Below the pieces are notes generated by a model. The model was given only the letters and a program-made list of their open reading frames with translations. It had not been told where the DNA came from and did no database searches. A program made the translations under genes and the position numbers. From Chloroflexota bacterium (GTDB lineage Bacteria; Chloroflexota; Limnocylindria; Limnocylindrales; CSP1-4): DNA of 64,000 nucleotides. Location of the stretch: contig JALOOH010000005.1 in NCBI GenBank assembly GCA_025454515.1, positions 84 through 64,083 of the forward strand. The letters are read 5' to 3'. This document shows, piece after piece, positions 27,654 through 36,127 of this stretch; the first letter of the stretch is position 1; each line of letters starts with the position of its first letter.

Positions 27654-28228
27654 GGGAGGATCGTCCGGAGGTGGCGGTCGATCTGGTCGGCCGTCATCCC
27701 GCCGACCTGCATGCCCCGCACCACGCCGTCGGCGTCGATGAAGAAGGTCGTGGGGGGCGCGACGACCCGGTACGCCGCGGCGCCGACCCCGTCGGGATCC
27801 GCGAGCGACGTCCAGGTGGCGCCCTCCTTCGCCATGAAGTCCCTCGCCGGCGCGGGGTCGTCCTTGAAGAGGACCCCCAGGACGGTGAGGCCGTCGGCCG
27901 CGTGCGCGTCGGCCGCTGCCCTGAGCGCCGGGAACTCGTCGCGACAGGGCCCGCACCACGACGCCCAGTAGTTGAGCACGACGGGCCTTCCGCGGAAGTC
28001 GGCCAGCGAGACGGGCTTCCCGTCGAGGTCCGACAGCACCAGGTCCGGCGCGAGCGACCCCACGGTCGGCCCGACCGCGATGCTCGCGCCGGGTCCGCCC
28101 GCGCCGGACGAGGCGTCCGTCCCGGGCGTCGTCGACCCCTGCGTCGATGTGCCGCCGCCCGAGCAGCCGGCGACGACGGCCGCGAGCAGCAGCACAGCGG
28201 CCGCGCGCCGTGCGCGTCGAGAGGGCAC
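27650..28228 (-). CDS. TlpA/ResA-like thiol:disulfide oxidoreductase lipoprotein (thioredoxin fold)
   Basis: Lipobox LLAAVVAGCSGG. WASWCGPCR active site. Positioned inside the oxidase operon. Confidence 0.8.
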   Translation of the reverse strand: MPSRRARRAAAVLLLAAVVAGCSGGGTSTQGSTTPGTDASSGAGGPGASIAVGPTVGSLAPDLVLSDLDGKPVSLADFRGRPVVLNYWASWCGPCRDEFPALRAAADAHAADGLTVLGVLFKDDPAPARDFMAKEGATWTSLADPDGVGAAAYRVVAPPTTFFIDADGVVRGMQVGGMTADQIDRHLRTILP

Positions 28229-28241
28229 GGAGAGACGCTCC

Positions 28242-28706
28242 TTACTGGACGGTGAGCGTCCCGACCATGTTCGGGTGCACCGTGCAGACGAACGCGTAGG
28301 TGCCGGCCGGGAGAGCCGGGACAGCGTAGTCCTTCTGGGCGACGCCGGTGAAGATCTCGCCCATGAAGACGACCTCGCCGGTCGGCGAGCCCTTGTGGAT
28401 CGCCACGTTGTGCGGGATCCCCGCGTCCTGGTTGTCGAACGAGATCGTGAACGGGGCGTCCGCGGGCGCCGTGATCTCAGAGACGTCGAACGCGATGTTG
28501 AGCGCGACGATCTTGATCACGGGTCCCGACGGGGAGCCGCCTCCGCCGCCGGGCGCGGTCGTCGTGCCGGCGCCGTCTCCCGTCCCCGGCGTGCCGGCCG
28601 GCGCGGAGGTCGCGTCCGTCCCGCCGCCGGGCGCCGCGGTGGATGGCGCGCCGCCGCCCCCCGCCGTCCCGCCCCCGCTGCCGGGCGGGAAGGCGCCCGT
28701 GCCCAC
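28242..28706 (-). CDS. type-1 blue-copper (amicyanin-like cupredoxin) domain protein; probably the C-terminal domain of the upstream membrane protein, separated by a frameshift
   Basis: GTG start. Gly-rich linker, then PVIKIVALNIAFDVSEITAPADAPFTISFDNQDAGIPHNVAIHKG...YAFVCTVHPNMVGTLTVQ with His, Cys-x2-His-x2-Met copper ligands. No signal peptide or TM of its own. About 80% nucleotide identity to the 3' end of ctaC. Confidence 0.65.
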   Translation of the reverse strand: MGTGAFPPGSGGGTAGGGGAPSTAAPGGGTDATSAPAGTPGTGDGAGTTTAPGGGGGSPSGPVIKIVALNIAFDVSEITAPADAPFTISFDNQDAGIPHNVAIHKGSPTGEVVFMGEIFTGVAQKDYAVPALPAGTYAFVCTVHPNMVGTLTVQ

Positions 28707-29451
28707 GCGTGATCCACGGGAATCGCGGAGCCGGCGGGTTCTCCAGGTGCCCCGTGCGGTCGGCCCTCACGGCGAGCCGGTACTCGACGACCGCGTCGCG
28801 CAACCACTGGATGCCGACCACGGCGATCATCACCAGGCCGGCCACGAGGATCGGCAGGCCGACGTCGCCGTAGTCCTCGACGATCTGCTGGTTGGTCGCC
28901 AGGCCGAGGCCCAGGAACAACACCGTGGCCGCCACGGCGATGAGCAGCGGGCGGAACGACGGCCCCGGGATGTGGACGCCCGCGGGCGGCTCCTTCGCGT
29001 CGAACGACCCGGCGACCACGCCCCGGCCGGCAGGGCGCCCGGATTCGCGCATGACCTCGCGACCCCAGTAGAGGCCCGCGCCGATCGTGAGCAGCACGCC
29101 CAGGGCGAAGATCCACGGCCCGAGGTCCCGCAGCGGGATCGCATCGAGCACGAGGATGCTCGGGTCGGCGTTCATCGCGGCCAGGCCCAGGAAGAGCACC
29201 GTCGCAGCGCCCGCGAGGTAGAGCGGCGAGAGGCTGGGCCCCGGCATGTGGAGGCCCTCGGGCGTCCGCGGCACGACGGGCCCACCGCGCGTCCGCGGGC
29301 CGGCGGTGGCGAACCGGACGGCGATCCAGCCCACGTAGAGCGCGACGACGCCGAGGAGCGCGACGGGGATGAGCCCGACGAGCGCCCCCCAGTCGGGCGA
29401 GACGAGCCGCCCGAGGTAGTCGTTGACGATCGTGTCCCAGAGGTTCGTCAT
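28477..29451 (-). CDS. membrane protein with internal duplication (2x [H-(M/I)-PGPS + TM helix]); likely membrane anchor of the cupredoxin above
   Basis: MTNLWDTIVNDYLGRLVSPDWGALVGLIPVALLGVVALYVGWIAV...EGLHMPGPSLSPLYLAGAATVLFLGLAA...AGVHIPGPSFRPLLIAVAATVLFLGLGL...IQWLRDAVVEYRLAVRADRTGHLENPPAPRFPWITR. After about 28710 the frame becomes Arg-rich nonsense. It runs 230 nt into the cupredoxin ORF before a stop, so the 3' end is uncertain. Confidence 0.55.
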   Translation of the reverse strand: MTNLWDTIVNDYLGRLVSPDWGALVGLIPVALLGVVALYVGWIAVRFATAGPRTRGGPVVPRTPEGLHMPGPSLSPLYLAGAATVLFLGLAAMNADPSILVLDAIPLRDLGPWIFALGVLLTIGAGLYWGREVMRESGRPAGRGVVAGSFDAKEPPAGVHIPGPSFRPLLIAVAATVLFLGLGLATNQQIVEDYGDVGLPILVAGLVMIAVVGIQWLRDAVVEYRLAVRADRTGHLENPPAPRFPWITRGHGRLPARQRGRDGGGRRRAIHRGARRRDGRDLRAGRHAGDGRRRRHDDRARRRRRLPVGTRDQDRRAQHRVRRL

Positions 29452-29511
29452 GGACCGCTGCGTCCGCTCCCTGTTGTCTCCCGCGCCGGGCAGGCCGCCC
29501 CGGGCCCGCGC

Positions 29512-29679
29512 TCAGCCCTTCGGCGAGCCGAGAGCGAGCGTATACGAAAGCAGGCCCATCCCGATGGCGAGCGCGACGAGCATCGTCGTGCCGCCGGCAT
29601 CCTGGCTGAGCGCGTAGTAGATCGTCGCGATCGCGAGGAACAGGACCGCGACGAGGAGCGTGGTGCGGGGTCGGATCAC
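29512..29679 (-). CDS. 55-aa single-TM protein, candidate small (subunit IV-like) oxidase subunit
   Basis: RBS ggagg, 9-nt spacer, GTG. VIRPRTTLLVAVLFLAIATIYYALSQDAGGTTMLVALAIGMGLLSYTLALGSPKG. Lies between ctaE and the anchor gene. Confidence 0.5.
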   Translation of the reverse strand: MIRPRTTLLVAVLFLAIATIYYALSQDAGGTTMLVALAIGMGLLSYTLALGSPKG

Positions 29680-29696
29680 GGCGTCGCCTCCGGTCC

Positions 29697-30341
29697 CTAG
29701 TTGAGGATGTACAGGAGGGTGAACAGGCAGATCCAGACCACGTCCACGAAGTGCCAGTAGAGGCTCGTGGCCTCGACCGCGTCGTGGTGGCGGCCCGAGA
29801 ACTGCCCGGCCATGCCGCGATACAGGATCACGCCGAGCATGAGGACGCCGGCGAACACGTGGGCGCCGTGGAAGCCCGTGAGCGTGTAGAACGTGGAGCC
29901 GAAGACGCCGTCGTTCACCCCGAAGCCCAGCTGCGAGTAGTCGTACAGCTGGCCCGCGAGGAACAGGATCCCGAGGACGATCGTGATCGTGAAGGCCCGC
30001 ATGAGGCCCTTGCGGTCTCCGCGCCGGATCGCCCAGATGCCGATCTGGCACGTGACGGAGCTCAGGATCAGCATGAGCGTGAGGACGGCCGGCAGCGCGA
30101 TGTGCGCCCGCAGGTCGAACTCGGCGTTCCCGGCCGGCGGCCACACCGGGGCGTTCGCGCGGAGGCTGAAGTACGCCGCGAAGAGCCCGGCGAAGAACAT
30201 CACCTCGGACGCGATGAACAGGATCATCCCGAGGACGGGGTTGCTGATCCCGCCCTTGGCGTGCTCCTCCGCGATGTGGACGAGCTCCTCCAGCGTCTCG
30301 CCGCGGTCGGCGGGGACGAGGACGTCGGCGCTTGCGGTCAC
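29697..30341 (-). CDS. ctaE: cytochrome c oxidase subunit III
   Basis: Full-length match to the COX3 family (GMILFIASEVMFFAGLF...FYTLTGFHGAHVFAGV...SLYWHFVDVVW). Confidence 0.9.
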   Translation of the reverse strand: MTASADVLVPADRGETLEELVHIAEEHAKGGISNPVLGMILFIASEVMFFAGLFAAYFSLRANAPVWPPAGNAEFDLRAHIALPAVLTLMLILSSVTCQIGIWAIRRGDRKGLMRAFTITIVLGILFLAGQLYDYSQLGFGVNDGVFGSTFYTLTGFHGAHVFAGVLMLGVILYRGMAGQFSGRHHDAVEATSLYWHFVDVVWICLFTLLYILN

Positions 30342-30356
30342 GGCGTCGCCTCCCGC

Positions 30357-31988
30357 TCAGTGGCCTGCCGCCGGGCCGGGCAGCCCGTGGCGCTGGTCGA
30401 ACACCGGGCGCTCCGAGCGGATCTCGGGGAGCCGGTCGAAGTTGTACGGCGGGGGCGGGCTGGTGGTCGCCCACTCGAGCGTGTTCCCCTCCCAGGGATC
30501 GTCGCCGGCCCGCTCGCCGCTGCGGAGCGAGACGAAGACGTTCCAGAGGAACGGCAGGACGGAGACCCCGACGAGGATGCTGCCGATGGTCGCGACGAGG
30601 TTCAGGTCGTTCCACCCGGCCATCGGGCTGTAGTCCGCGATCCGCCGGGGCATGCCGGCGACGCCCAGCTCGTGCATCGGGAAGAACGTCAGGTTGAACC
30701 CGATGAACATGATGACGAACTGGAGCTTGCCCAGACCCTCGTTCAGCTTGACGCCGAACATCTTGGGGAACCAGTAGAAGAGCCCGCCGAAGACCGCGAA
30801 CACCGACCCGCCGAAGAGGACGTAGTGGATGTGGGCCACGATCCAGTACGTGTCGTGGATCGCGAAGTCGACGGGCACCGACGCGCTGAACGCGCCGTTG
30901 ATGCCGCCGATGAGGAACATCGTCAGGAAGCCCAGGACGAAGAGCATCGCCGAGCTGAACTGGATGCTTCCCTTCCACATCGTCGCGATCCAGTTGAACA
31001 TCTTCACGCCCGTGGGGACGGCGATGAGGAACGTCATGAAGCTGAAGAACGGCAGGTAGACCGACCCGGTCGTGAACATGTGGTGCGCCCAGACGGAGAA
31101 CCCGAGCGCGCCGATCGCGGCCGTCGCGAAGACGAACGCCTTGTAGCCGAACAGGGGCTTCCGGCTGAACACCGGGATGATCTCGCTGACGATCCCCATC
31201 GCGGGCAGGATCATGATGTAGACGGCCGGGTGCGAGTAGAACCAGAACACGTTCTGCCAGAGCACCGCGCTGCCGCCGCTCGCCGGGTCGAAGAACGCGC
31301 CGCCGTAGTTCCGGTCGATGAACAGCATGATGAGCGCGCTCGTCAGGACCGGCGTCCCGAGGACCACCAGGACGCTCGTCACGAGGACGGTCCAGACGAG
31401 GATGGGCAGCCGGAACATCGTCATCCCCGGAGCCCGCATCTTGAAGATCGTCACGAGGAAGTTGATGCCGCCGAGGATCGAGCTCGTGCCGATGAGGATG
31501 AGGCCGACGATCCAGAGGTCGGTGCCCACGCCGGGCGAGTACTTGGAGTTCGCGAGCGGGCTGTAGCTCGTCCAGCCCTCTGCCGCCGCGCCGCCCAGGA
31601 CGAAGCCCAGCATCATGATGACGCCGGCCAGGGGGAGCAGCCAGAAGCTCAGGGCGTTGATGCGCGGGAAGGCCATGTCCGGCGCGCCGATCATGAGCGG
31701 GACGACGTAGTTGCCGAACCCGGCCAGCATCGGGATGACGAACAGGAAGAGCATCACCGACGCGTGCATGGTGAAGAACTGGTTGTACGCCGACTCGCCC
31801 ATGTACTGCAGGCCCGGCTGTGCGAGCTCCGCGCGGACGAGGAGGGCGAGGATGCCACCGACGAGGAAGAACAGGAACGAGCTGGCGAGGTAGAGGATCC
31901 CGATCTTCTTGTGGTCGGTGGTCGTGAGCCAGTCGTAGAGGCCGGAGCGGGCGCGGGCGGTGCTCGGCGTGAGGACGGTGGTCGCCAT
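30357..31988 (-). CDS. ctaD: cytochrome c oxidase subunit I (heme-copper oxidase, A-type)
   Basis: 543 aa. Canonical COX1 sequence (WLTTTDHKKIGILY, GGGDP-like region, HHMF, VAHFHYV). Confidence 0.95.
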   Translation of the reverse strand: MATTVLTPSTARARSGLYDWLTTTDHKKIGILYLASSFLFFLVGGILALLVRAELAQPGLQYMGESAYNQFFTMHASVMLFLFVIPMLAGFGNYVVPLMIGAPDMAFPRINALSFWLLPLAGVIMMLGFVLGGAAAEGWTSYSPLANSKYSPGVGTDLWIVGLILIGTSSILGGINFLVTIFKMRAPGMTMFRLPILVWTVLVTSVLVVLGTPVLTSALIMLFIDRNYGGAFFDPASGGSAVLWQNVFWFYSHPAVYIMILPAMGIVSEIIPVFSRKPLFGYKAFVFATAAIGALGFSVWAHHMFTTGSVYLPFFSFMTFLIAVPTGVKMFNWIATMWKGSIQFSSAMLFVLGFLTMFLIGGINGAFSASVPVDFAIHDTYWIVAHIHYVLFGGSVFAVFGGLFYWFPKMFGVKLNEGLGKLQFVIMFIGFNLTFFPMHELGVAGMPRRIADYSPMAGWNDLNLVATIGSILVGVSVLPFLWNVFVSLRSGERAGDDPWEGNTLEWATTSPPPPYNFDRLPEIRSERPVFDQRHGLPGPAAGH

Positions 31989-31997
31989 CGTCGCTCC

Positions 31998-32290
31998 TTA
32001 CTGGACCGTCAGCGTGCCGGTCATGTTCGGGTGCACCGTGCACACGAACGCGTACGTGCCGGCCGGGAGCGCCGGGACGTCGTAGACCTTGGTGGCGACG
32101 CCGGGGAAGATCTCGCCGGCGAACACCTCCTCGCCGGTCGGCGAGTCCTTGCGGATCGCCACGTCGTGCGGGATGCCGTTGTCGTTGTTCACGAAGGTCA
32201 GGGCGATCGGCGCCCCCGCCGGGGCGGACAGCTCCGACGTGTCGTAGGCGATGTTCTGGGCCGTGAGCTGCAGGGCGACCGGCTGGACCG
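31998..32290. repeat. ~290-bp dispersed repeat: the cupredoxin-encoding 3' end of ctaC is ~80% identical to 28242-28535
   Basis: Direct nucleotide comparison of the two segments, for example ttactggac(c/g)gt(c/g)agcgt(g/c)cc(g/c)g(t/a)ccatgttcgggtgcaccgtgca(c/g)acgaacgcgta(c/g)gtgccggccgggag... Confidence 0.7.
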
Positions 32291-33107
32291 CGCCGCCCCC
32301 ACCGCCCGCGTCCCCGCTCGCGGATGGGGCCGGCGTGAGGGACGGGGCCGGGGTGGGCGTCGCCTGCGCCTGCGCGACCCAGGCGTCGAAGTCCTGCTGC
32401 GTCACGACGCGCACCTTGAAGAGCATCTTCGAGTGGAGCAGGCCGCAGAACTGCGTGCAGTGCCCGTCGAAGACGCCCGTCTCGGTCGCCTTGAAGTCGA
32501 AGACGTTCGTCTTGCCAGGGATCACGTCGCGCTTGAACAGGAACGCGGGCACGTAGAAGCCGTGGTTGACGTCGCGGCTCTCGAGCTTGACCTGGACGGT
32601 CTCGTTCACCGGCACGACGAGCTCGGGCTCCTTGTCCGGCAGGCCGATGAGGGTCACGCCCTGGTCCGGGTACGTGAACTGCCACTGCCACTGGAAGCCG
32701 GTGACGTCGATCCGCAGCTTCGGGTTCGCCGAGACGGCGTCCACCGTGTTGAGGGTCTGCCAGGAGATCACGAAGAGGACCGCGACGATCACGACCGGGA
32801 TGGCCGTCCAGATGACCTCGAGGACGTTGTTCCCGTGGATCTGGGGCGGCAGCGAGTCATCGCCCTTGCGCCGGCGATACCGGATCGCCGCATAGACGAT
32901 GAGGGCTTCGACGAAGAAGAAGATCACGACGCCGACGATGAAGACGACCTGGTAGAGCCACTCCGTGGCCTTGCCCTGCTCGGTCGCTGCCGGCGGCGGC
33001 TGGAGCACGCTCACCCCGGTCCCGCACGCCGCCACGAGCAGCATCGCGATCGCGGCCAGCGCGGCGATCGATGCCCCTCGCGGGATCCCCTTGGCGATCC
33101 TCGTCAT
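31998..33107 (-). CDS. ctaC: cytochrome c oxidase subunit II with fused C-terminal type-1 blue-copper (amicyanin-like) domain
   Basis: RBS aggag, then ATG at 33107. Lipobox/TM, COX2 TM hairpin, CuA centre VNHGFYVPAF...HCTQFCGLLHSKM. Then linker QAQATPTPAPSLTPAPSASGDAGGGGG and an extra cupredoxin domain ending YAFVCTVHPNMTGTLTVQ. Confidence 0.85.
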   Translation of the reverse strand: MTRIAKGIPRGASIAALAAIAMLLVAACGTGVSVLQPPPAATEQGKATEWLYQVVFIVGVVIFFFVEALIVYAAIRYRRRKGDDSLPPQIHGNNVLEVIWTAIPVVIVAVLFVISWQTLNTVDAVSANPKLRIDVTGFQWQWQFTYPDQGVTLIGLPDKEPELVVPVNETVQVKLESRDVNHGFYVPAFLFKRDVIPGKTNVFDFKATETGVFDGHCTQFCGLLHSKMLFKVRVVTQQDFDAWVAQAQATPTPAPSLTPAPSASGDAGGGGGAVQPVALQLTAQNIAYDTSELSAPAGAPIALTFVNNDNGIPHDVAIRKDSPTGEEVFAGEIFPGVATKVYDVPALPAGTYAFVCTVHPNMTGTLTVQ

Positions 33108-33342
33108 CCCGAGCCCTCGACTCCTCTCTCCGCGTCCGTCCGGGGCGAGCGAGGAAGCAGGGGGCACTTCCCGGCCGGCCGTCTGGGGACAAGACGGCGG
33201 AGATGATACGGGAAAAGCCGGCGACAGGACAGAGGTCATCTGCAGGGGGGCCATTCGGCCCGGTCCCAGGGTCCTGATGGGGTGTGTCCACGCTCGGACG
33301 CCGGGCCGCGCAGCCGCCCCGGCCGCCCGTCGCGCGCGGTCG

Positions 33343-34338
33343 TCAGGCCGGGATCGGCGCCTCGAGATACCGCCGGTACGCGTCCGGGTCCACGTTCCCT
33401 CCGCTCACGACCGCGACGATGCTGCCCGCGCCGGTCGGCACGCCGACCTCCTGGCGGTGGAACCGCACCGCGGCGATCGAAAGGGCGCCCGACGGCTCGA
33501 CCACCAGCCGGCCCTCCTCCGCGGCGATCCGGACCCCGGCGAGGATCTCGTCCTCCGAGACGGTGATCACGGAGTCCATGAGGGCCGACAGGTGCGCGAA
33601 CGTCCGGCGGCCGAGCGACTGGGTCCGGGTGCCGTCGGCGACCGTCCGGTTCACCAGCTCGGCCGGCCATGCCACGATCCGGCCGGACTCGAGCGACTCG
33701 CGTGCGTCGGCGGCGAGCTCGGGTTCGACGCCGATGACGCGCGCCCGCGGCACGATCGACTTCACGGCCGCCGCGACCCCGCTCGCGAGGCCGCCCCCGC
33801 CGATCGGCACGAGGACGGCGGCGAGGTCGGGTGCCGACTCCGCGATCTCGAGGCCGCACGTCCCCTGGCCGGCGATGATCCGGTCGTCGTCGTAGGGCGG
33901 GATGACGACGAGGCCGCGCTCCTCGGCGATGCGCTCGGCGACGCGCCGCCGCTCCTCGCTCGCCGTCCCCACGACCACGATCTCCGCACCGTCGGCCGCG
34001 ACCCCCGCCCGCTTGATCGCAGGCGAATCGGACGGCATCACGATGACAGCCGGGATGCCGAAGAGCCGCGCGGCCCGGGCCACCCCCTGCGCGTGGTTGC
34101 CGCTCGAGTACGTGATGACGCCTCGGGACCGGACGACCGGGTCGAGCGCGGCGACCGCGTTGTACGCGCCACGGATCTTGAAGGCGCCGATCGGCTGGAG
34201 GGACTCCGCCTTGAGCAGGACGCCGTCCTCGGGTCGGCCGAGCACGACGAGGGGCGTGCGGATCGCGACGCCGTCGAGGGTCCGGGACGCCGCCCGGATC
34301 GCGTCGATGCCGACGAGCTGCTCCGCCGTCCCCGTCAC
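33343..34338 (-). CDS. PLP-dependent threonine/serine dehydratase (short form, no ACT regulatory domains)
   Basis: GTG start. SLQPIGAFKIRGAYN (PLP lysine), YSSGNHAQGVA, glycine-rich loop GGGGLASG. Confidence 0.8.
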   Translation of the reverse strand: MTGTAEQLVGIDAIRAASRTLDGVAIRTPLVVLGRPEDGVLLKAESLQPIGAFKIRGAYNAVAALDPVVRSRGVITYSSGNHAQGVARAARLFGIPAVIVMPSDSPAIKRAGVAADGAEIVVVGTASEERRRVAERIAEERGLVVIPPYDDDRIIAGQGTCGLEIAESAPDLAAVLVPIGGGGLASGVAAAVKSIVPRARVIGVEPELAADARESLESGRIVAWPAELVNRTVADGTRTQSLGRRTFAHLSALMDSVITVSEDEILAGVRIAAEEGRLVVEPSGALSIAAVRFHRQEVGVPTGAGSIVAVVSGGNVDPDAYRRYLEAPIPA

Positions 34339-34673
34339 CGGCCGCCGGTCCGCCGCTGGCAGTCGATGCAGAGGGCGGCCCACGGCAGAGCCTCGAGCCG
34401 GGCGTCGGCGATCGGGTCGCCGCACGACGCGCACAGGCCGAACGTCCCGGCGCCGATCCGCCCGAGGGCTGCATCGACCTCGCGGACGCGCCGCTCCGCG
34501 GCCTCGCGGAGCGCGAGGTCCCGCTGCTGCGCGAAGACCTGGCTCGCAGCCGCGGCCTGTGACCCGTACGTCATCTGCTCGGGCGCATCCAGCTCGGCCC
34601 CGAGCTCTGCGAGCATGCTCGCCCGCTCCTCGAGCAGCGCGGAGCGCGCGCGATCCAGCCGGTCGGCGTCCAT
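34335..34673 (-). CDS. DksA/TraR-family C4-type zinc-finger protein
   Basis: Coiled-coil N-terminus, then CASCGDPIADARLEALPWAALCIDCQ. 4-nt overlap with the dehydratase start. Start codon uncertain (ATG at 34673 or 34703). Confidence 0.65.
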   Translation of the reverse strand: MDADRLDRARSALLEERASMLAELGAELDAPEQMTYGSQAAAASQVFAQQRDLALREAAERRVREVDAALGRIGAGTFGLCASCGDPIADARLEALPWAALCIDCQRRTGGR

Positions 34674-35316
34674 GGTGTCGATGGTACGCCCGGCGTCGGG
34701 CATGCGGCGGGCCGGCACGGGCACGGGCGAGGCGCGGCCGCGGGCGCCGCCGATCGGCACGGGTGCCGATGATCGGCCGATGATCCGCGGTCGAGCGCCG
34801 GGCGTCCGCGGGACCACCGGCCGTCGAGCCTCGACCGCGACCATGGCTCACCCGGCCGGCGTCACGTCGGCCACCGTACCCAGGGAGTCGACGATGGACG
34901 GACGGCGGGCGAGCACACTCCTGGTCGCGGCGGCGGTCGCCGCCGTCCTCGTGGCGACACCGCCGGCGGGCACGACGTCGGCCGGCGCCCCTGCGCCCGC
35001 TGCCACCGCGGCGGCCCGCCCTGCGCCCGCCGGCCCGGCCGTGCGTACGGCCCCGGAACGGGCCGCGTGGGACGGGATCACCGGCAGGCGGTGGGCCTGA
35101 CGCGCCCCGGGAGTGCGTCCGGCGGCGCGCCGCGCGCCGCCTGGGCGGTCCGGTCGGTCCCCGTGAGACGCGGCGGGCGGGGTCCGGCGGCCGCGCGACG
35201 AGGCTCGGCGTCCCGCGGGGATCCTGCCGCGCGTCGTCCGTTGCGCGGGCCGCGCGCCGCCCGCAGACGGGTCGGTCCCGGGCGTCGCGGGCCCGCCGCG
35301 GCTACACTCACCGGCC

Positions 35317-36003
35317 GTGCGTCAGACCAGCCCCACCCCGACACGGCGATCCGCGCCCCCGCCGGCCTCCGCATCGACCCGGCACGCGGCGTCGCCGCGG
35401 GCTGGCCTGAGGGTCGCCTCCATCCTCTCGGCCGCGGCCGCGACGGTCGCCGTCACCGCGGTCATGCTCGCCGGCTGCGCGGCCGGCCCCACGCCGCCGA
35501 CGCCACCGATCTCCCCGGGCACGGCGACGAGCCCGCGCGAGGTGAACGTCATCCTGAAGGACTACCAGTACATCCCCGACGGCCTCGATCTCGTGCCGGG
35601 AGAGACGGTCCTCTTCCACTTCGTGAACGGCGGGCTGGCGGTCCACGAGGCGATCATCGGCGACATGGCCACACAGGAGGCCTGGGAGGAGGCGGAGGCC
35701 CTCCACGCCGACCCGCCGCCCGGGCCGACGCCGGTCGTCACGGTGCCCGTCGGCCTGGAGGGGTTCCGCGTGGTCGTCGAGTCGGGCGAGCGCAAGGACG
35801 TGCGCTGGACCGTGCCGACCGAGATCCCATCGCCGCTCATCCTCGGGTGCCACATCCCCGGTCACTGGGCCCGTGGGATGCAGGCCCCGATCCGGCTGGT
35901 CGTCGCGGGGCAGAGCCCGGCGACCGTCACGTCCACGCCGTCGCCCCGGGCCGCCGGCACGCCCGCGCCGATCGCGACGACGGCGCCGCCGGACGTGCCG
36001 TAG
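35317..36003 (+). CDS. plastocyanin/azurin-like blue-copper lipoprotein
   Basis: Lipobox [10 protein letters not shown]. Cupredoxin ligands H...[13 protein letters not shown] (Cys-x2-His-x4-Met). Pro/Thr-rich N- and C-terminal linkers. Confidence 0.7.
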   Translation: MRQTSPTPTRRSAPPPASASTRHAASPRAGLRVASILSAAAATVAVTAVMLAGCAAGPTPPTPPISPGTATSPREVNVILKDYQYIPDGLDLVPGETVLFHFVNGGLAVHEAIIGDMATQEAWEEAEALHADPPPGPTPVVTVPVGLEGFRVVVESGERKDVRWTVPTEIPSPLILGCHIPGHWARGMQAPIRLVVAGQSPATVTSTPSPRAAGTPAPIATTAPPDVP

Positions 36004-36127
36004 AGAGGGCCCGCGACGAGTCCCGCGAGGTGCTATCGTCGCGTCCGGGACGTTCCGGCGTCCCGGATGGAACGTCATCGCGCGGGCCGGCCGGCTCGCC
36101 GCCGCGCTTCGCCTGGAGGAACTGGAC

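Noticed and set aside
29751-33206. 1151-aa plus-strand ORF (and similar very long ORFs, e.g. 49099-52155 minus 1018 aa, 8020-10437 plus 805 aa, 4073-6223 plus, 22014-23843 minus, 36941-39595 minus)
   Set aside because: They are antisense or out of frame to well-supported genes. They are extremely Arg/Gly/Pro/Asp-rich with no motifs. Stop-codon depletion on the non-coding frames is typical of DNA at this GC content.
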